In this document: positions 61,495-64,000 of the stretch, in pieces
Numbering within the stretch: the first letter of the stretch is position 1
How the letters are laid out: each line of letters opens with the position of its first letter
From: Heterodontus francisci
Lineage: Eukaryota
NCBI RefSeq assembly: GCF_036365525.1
Contig: NC_090372.1
Coordinates: forward strand, 180,087,800 to 180,151,799
Length of the DNA: 64,000 nucleotides
Reading direction: 5' to 3'
Made by a program: the position numbers and the translations under genes
Notes under the pieces: model-generated
The model's input: only the letters and a program-made list of their open reading frames with translations
Told to the model about the DNA's origin: nothing
Database searches by the model: none

Positions 61495-64000
61495 TTCTTC
61501 TTCTTTGGCCTCCTTGTCTCGGGAGACAATGGGTGAGCGCCTGGAGGTGGTTAGTGGTTTGTGAAGCAGCGCCAGGAGTGGCTATAAAGGCCAATACTAG
61601 AGTGACAGACTCTTCCACAGGTGCTGCAGAAACAATTGGTTGCCGGGGTTGTTACACAGTTGGTTCTCCCCTTGCGCTTCTGTCTTTTTTCCTGCCAACT
61701 GCAAAGTCTCTTCGACTCGCCTCACTTTAGCCCCGCCTTTATGGCTGCCCGCCAGCTCTGGCGATCGCTGGCAACTGACTCCCACGACTTGTGATCAATG
61801 TTACAGGACTTCATGTCACATTTGCAGACGTCTTTAAAGCGGAGACATGGATGGCCGGTAGGTCTGATACCAGTGGCGAGCTCGCTGTACAATGTGTCCT
61901 TGGGGATCCTGCCATCTTCCATGCGGCTCACATGGCCAAGCCATCTCAAGCGCCGCTGACTCAGTAGTGTGTATAAGCTGGGGATGTTGGCCACCTCGAG
62001 GACTTCTGTGTTGGAGATGCGGTCCTGCCACCTGATGCCAAGGATTCTCCGGAGGCGGCGAAGATGGAATGAAGTGAGACGTCGCTCTTGGCTGACATAC
62101 ATTGTCCAGGCCTTGCTGCCGTCGAGCAAGGTACTGAGGACACAGGCTTGATACACTCGGACTTTTGTGTTCCGTGTCAGTGCGCCATTTTCCCACACTC
62201 TCTTGGCCAGTCTGGACATAGCAGTGGAAGCCTTTCCCATGCGCTTGTTGATTTCTGCATCGAGAGACAGGTTACTGGTGATAGTTGAGCCTAGGTAGGT
62301 GAACTCTTGAACCACTTCCAGAGCGTGGTCGCCGATATCGATGGATGGAGCATTTCTGACGTCCTGTCCCACGATGTTCGTTTTCTTGAGGCTGATGGAT
62401 AGGCCAAATTCGTTGCAGGCAGCCGCAAACCTGTCGATGAGACTCTGCAGACACTCTTCAGTGTGAGATGTTAATGCAGCATCGTCAGCAAAGAGGAGTT
62501 CCCTGATGAGGACTTTCCGTACTTTGGTCTTCGCTCTTAGGCGGGCAAGCTTGAACAACCTGCCACCTGATCTTGTGTGGAGGAAAATTCCTTCTTCTGA
62601 AGACTTGAACGCATGTGAGAGCAGCAGGGAGAAGAAAATCCCAAACAGTGTAGGTGCGAGAACACAGCCCTGTTTCACGCCACTCAGGATAGGAAAGGGT
62701 CGCTATGCTGAATTGTGCCTTTCCTATTGTCATGGAATGAGGTGATGATATTTAGTAGCTTTGGTGGACATCCGAAATTTTCTAGTAGTCTGAAGAGACC
62801 ACGTCTGCTGACGAGGTCAAAGGCTTTGGTGAGATCAATGAAAGCAACGTAGAGGGGCATCTGTTGTTCACGGCATTTCTTCTGCAGCTGATGAAGGGAG
62901 AACAGCATGTCAATGGTCGATCTCTCTGCTCGAAAGCCACACTGTTCCTCAGGGTAGACACGCTTGGCCAGCTTCTGGAGCCTGTTTTAAGCGACTCGAG
63001 CCAAGACTTTCCCCACTATGTTGAGCAGGGAGATTCCACGGTAGTTGTTGCAGTCACCGCGGTCACCTTTGTTTTTATAGAGGGTGATGATATTGGCATT
63101 GCGCATGTCCTGTGGTACTGCTCCCTCGTCCCAGCACAGGCAAAGCAGTTCGTGGAGTGCTGAGAGTATGTCAGGCTTAGCACTCTTGATTATTTCAGGG
63201 GTAATGCCGTCCTTCCCAGGGGCTTTTCCGCTGGCTAGAGAATCAATGGCATCACTGAGTTCCGATTTTGTTGGCTGTACGTCCAGCTCATCCATGACTG
63301 GCAGAGACCGGGCTGCATTGAGGGCGGTCTCAGTGACAACATTCTCCCTGGAGTACTGTTCTAGGTAGTGCCCAACCCAGCGGTCCATTTGCTTGCGTTG
63401 GTCAATGATTGTGTCCCCTGATTTAGATTTGAGGGGGGGGCGATCTTCCTGATGGTTGGCCCAAAAGCTCTCTTAATGCCATCATACATTCCTCTGATGT
63501 TTCCGGTGTCTGAGGCCAGCTGAATATGACTGCATAGGTGTTGCCAGTAGTCACTTGCGCAGCGTTTGGCTGTTCTTTGTGCAGCACTTCTGGCTGCTTT
63601 AAGTGCTACGGATGTTAATTCGCTGGGGGCTTTTTTGTAGTTCAGCAGTGCAATGCGCTTAGCGGCTATGACAGGTTCCAGCTCTTCAAAATGAGATTGA
63701 AACCAGTCTGCATTCCGCTTCACACGTTTGCCATAGGTGGTCATGGCTGACTCATAGATGGCATCTCTGATGTGGGCCCACTTGGTCTCTGCAATCCCTG
63801 TGGGAGTGTTTTGAAGGGCTTTTTCAAGTGAATTTAGAAATTTTTGTAACAGCTGTGGGTGAGAAATTCTGCTAGTGTTGATGCACGGGTGGCCCTTCTG
63901 CTTGGAGTGATGCAGCTTCTTTGGTTTGAGTCTAACCTTGCTGCACACCAGGGAGTGGTCAGTGTCGCAGTCCGCACTGTGGAAGCTGCGTGTGATTTGA
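61495..64000 (-). mobile_element. Young RTE-clade LINE, continuing beyond the window
   Basis: DHSLVCSK (endonuclease end), KAPGKDGI, NYRGISLL, FIDLTKAFDLV, KQGCVLAPTLF, LLFADD, C-terminal zinc finger and (GAA)n tail; a few frameshifts. Confidence 0.96.

Noticed and set aside
61722-62678. 318-aa ORF as a host gene or retron-like RT
   Set aside because: Motifs and the GAA tail identify an RTE LINE.

Overview
Eukaryotic, repeat-saturated non-coding (intronic or intergenic) DNA. The repeat content points to a cartilaginous fish (shark): HE1/V-type SINEs, Deu-domain SINEs, many CR1 and L2 LINE relics and Penelope-like elements. I recognise no intact host gene, and most ORFs in the track are chance ORFs or transposon debris. 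Supported content: a young 5'-truncated CR1; a second CR1/L2-group LINE family whose 5' end looks tRNA-derived; RTE LINEs; Penelope-like elements carrying minimal hammerhead-ribozyme motifs; a decayed Gmr1-like Gypsy element (integrase upstream of RT); solo LTRs with intact TSDs; a decayed two-gene Harbinger transposon with GC-rich MITEs; and hAT MITEs, many of them nested. I did not find a demonstrably new biological system. The best leads are the hammerhead motifs, the tRNA-headed LINE, a 54-bp TSD, the Gmr1-type domain order and a weak chain of candidate short exons. Boundaries were read by eye and are approximate unless a TSD or TIR is quoted.
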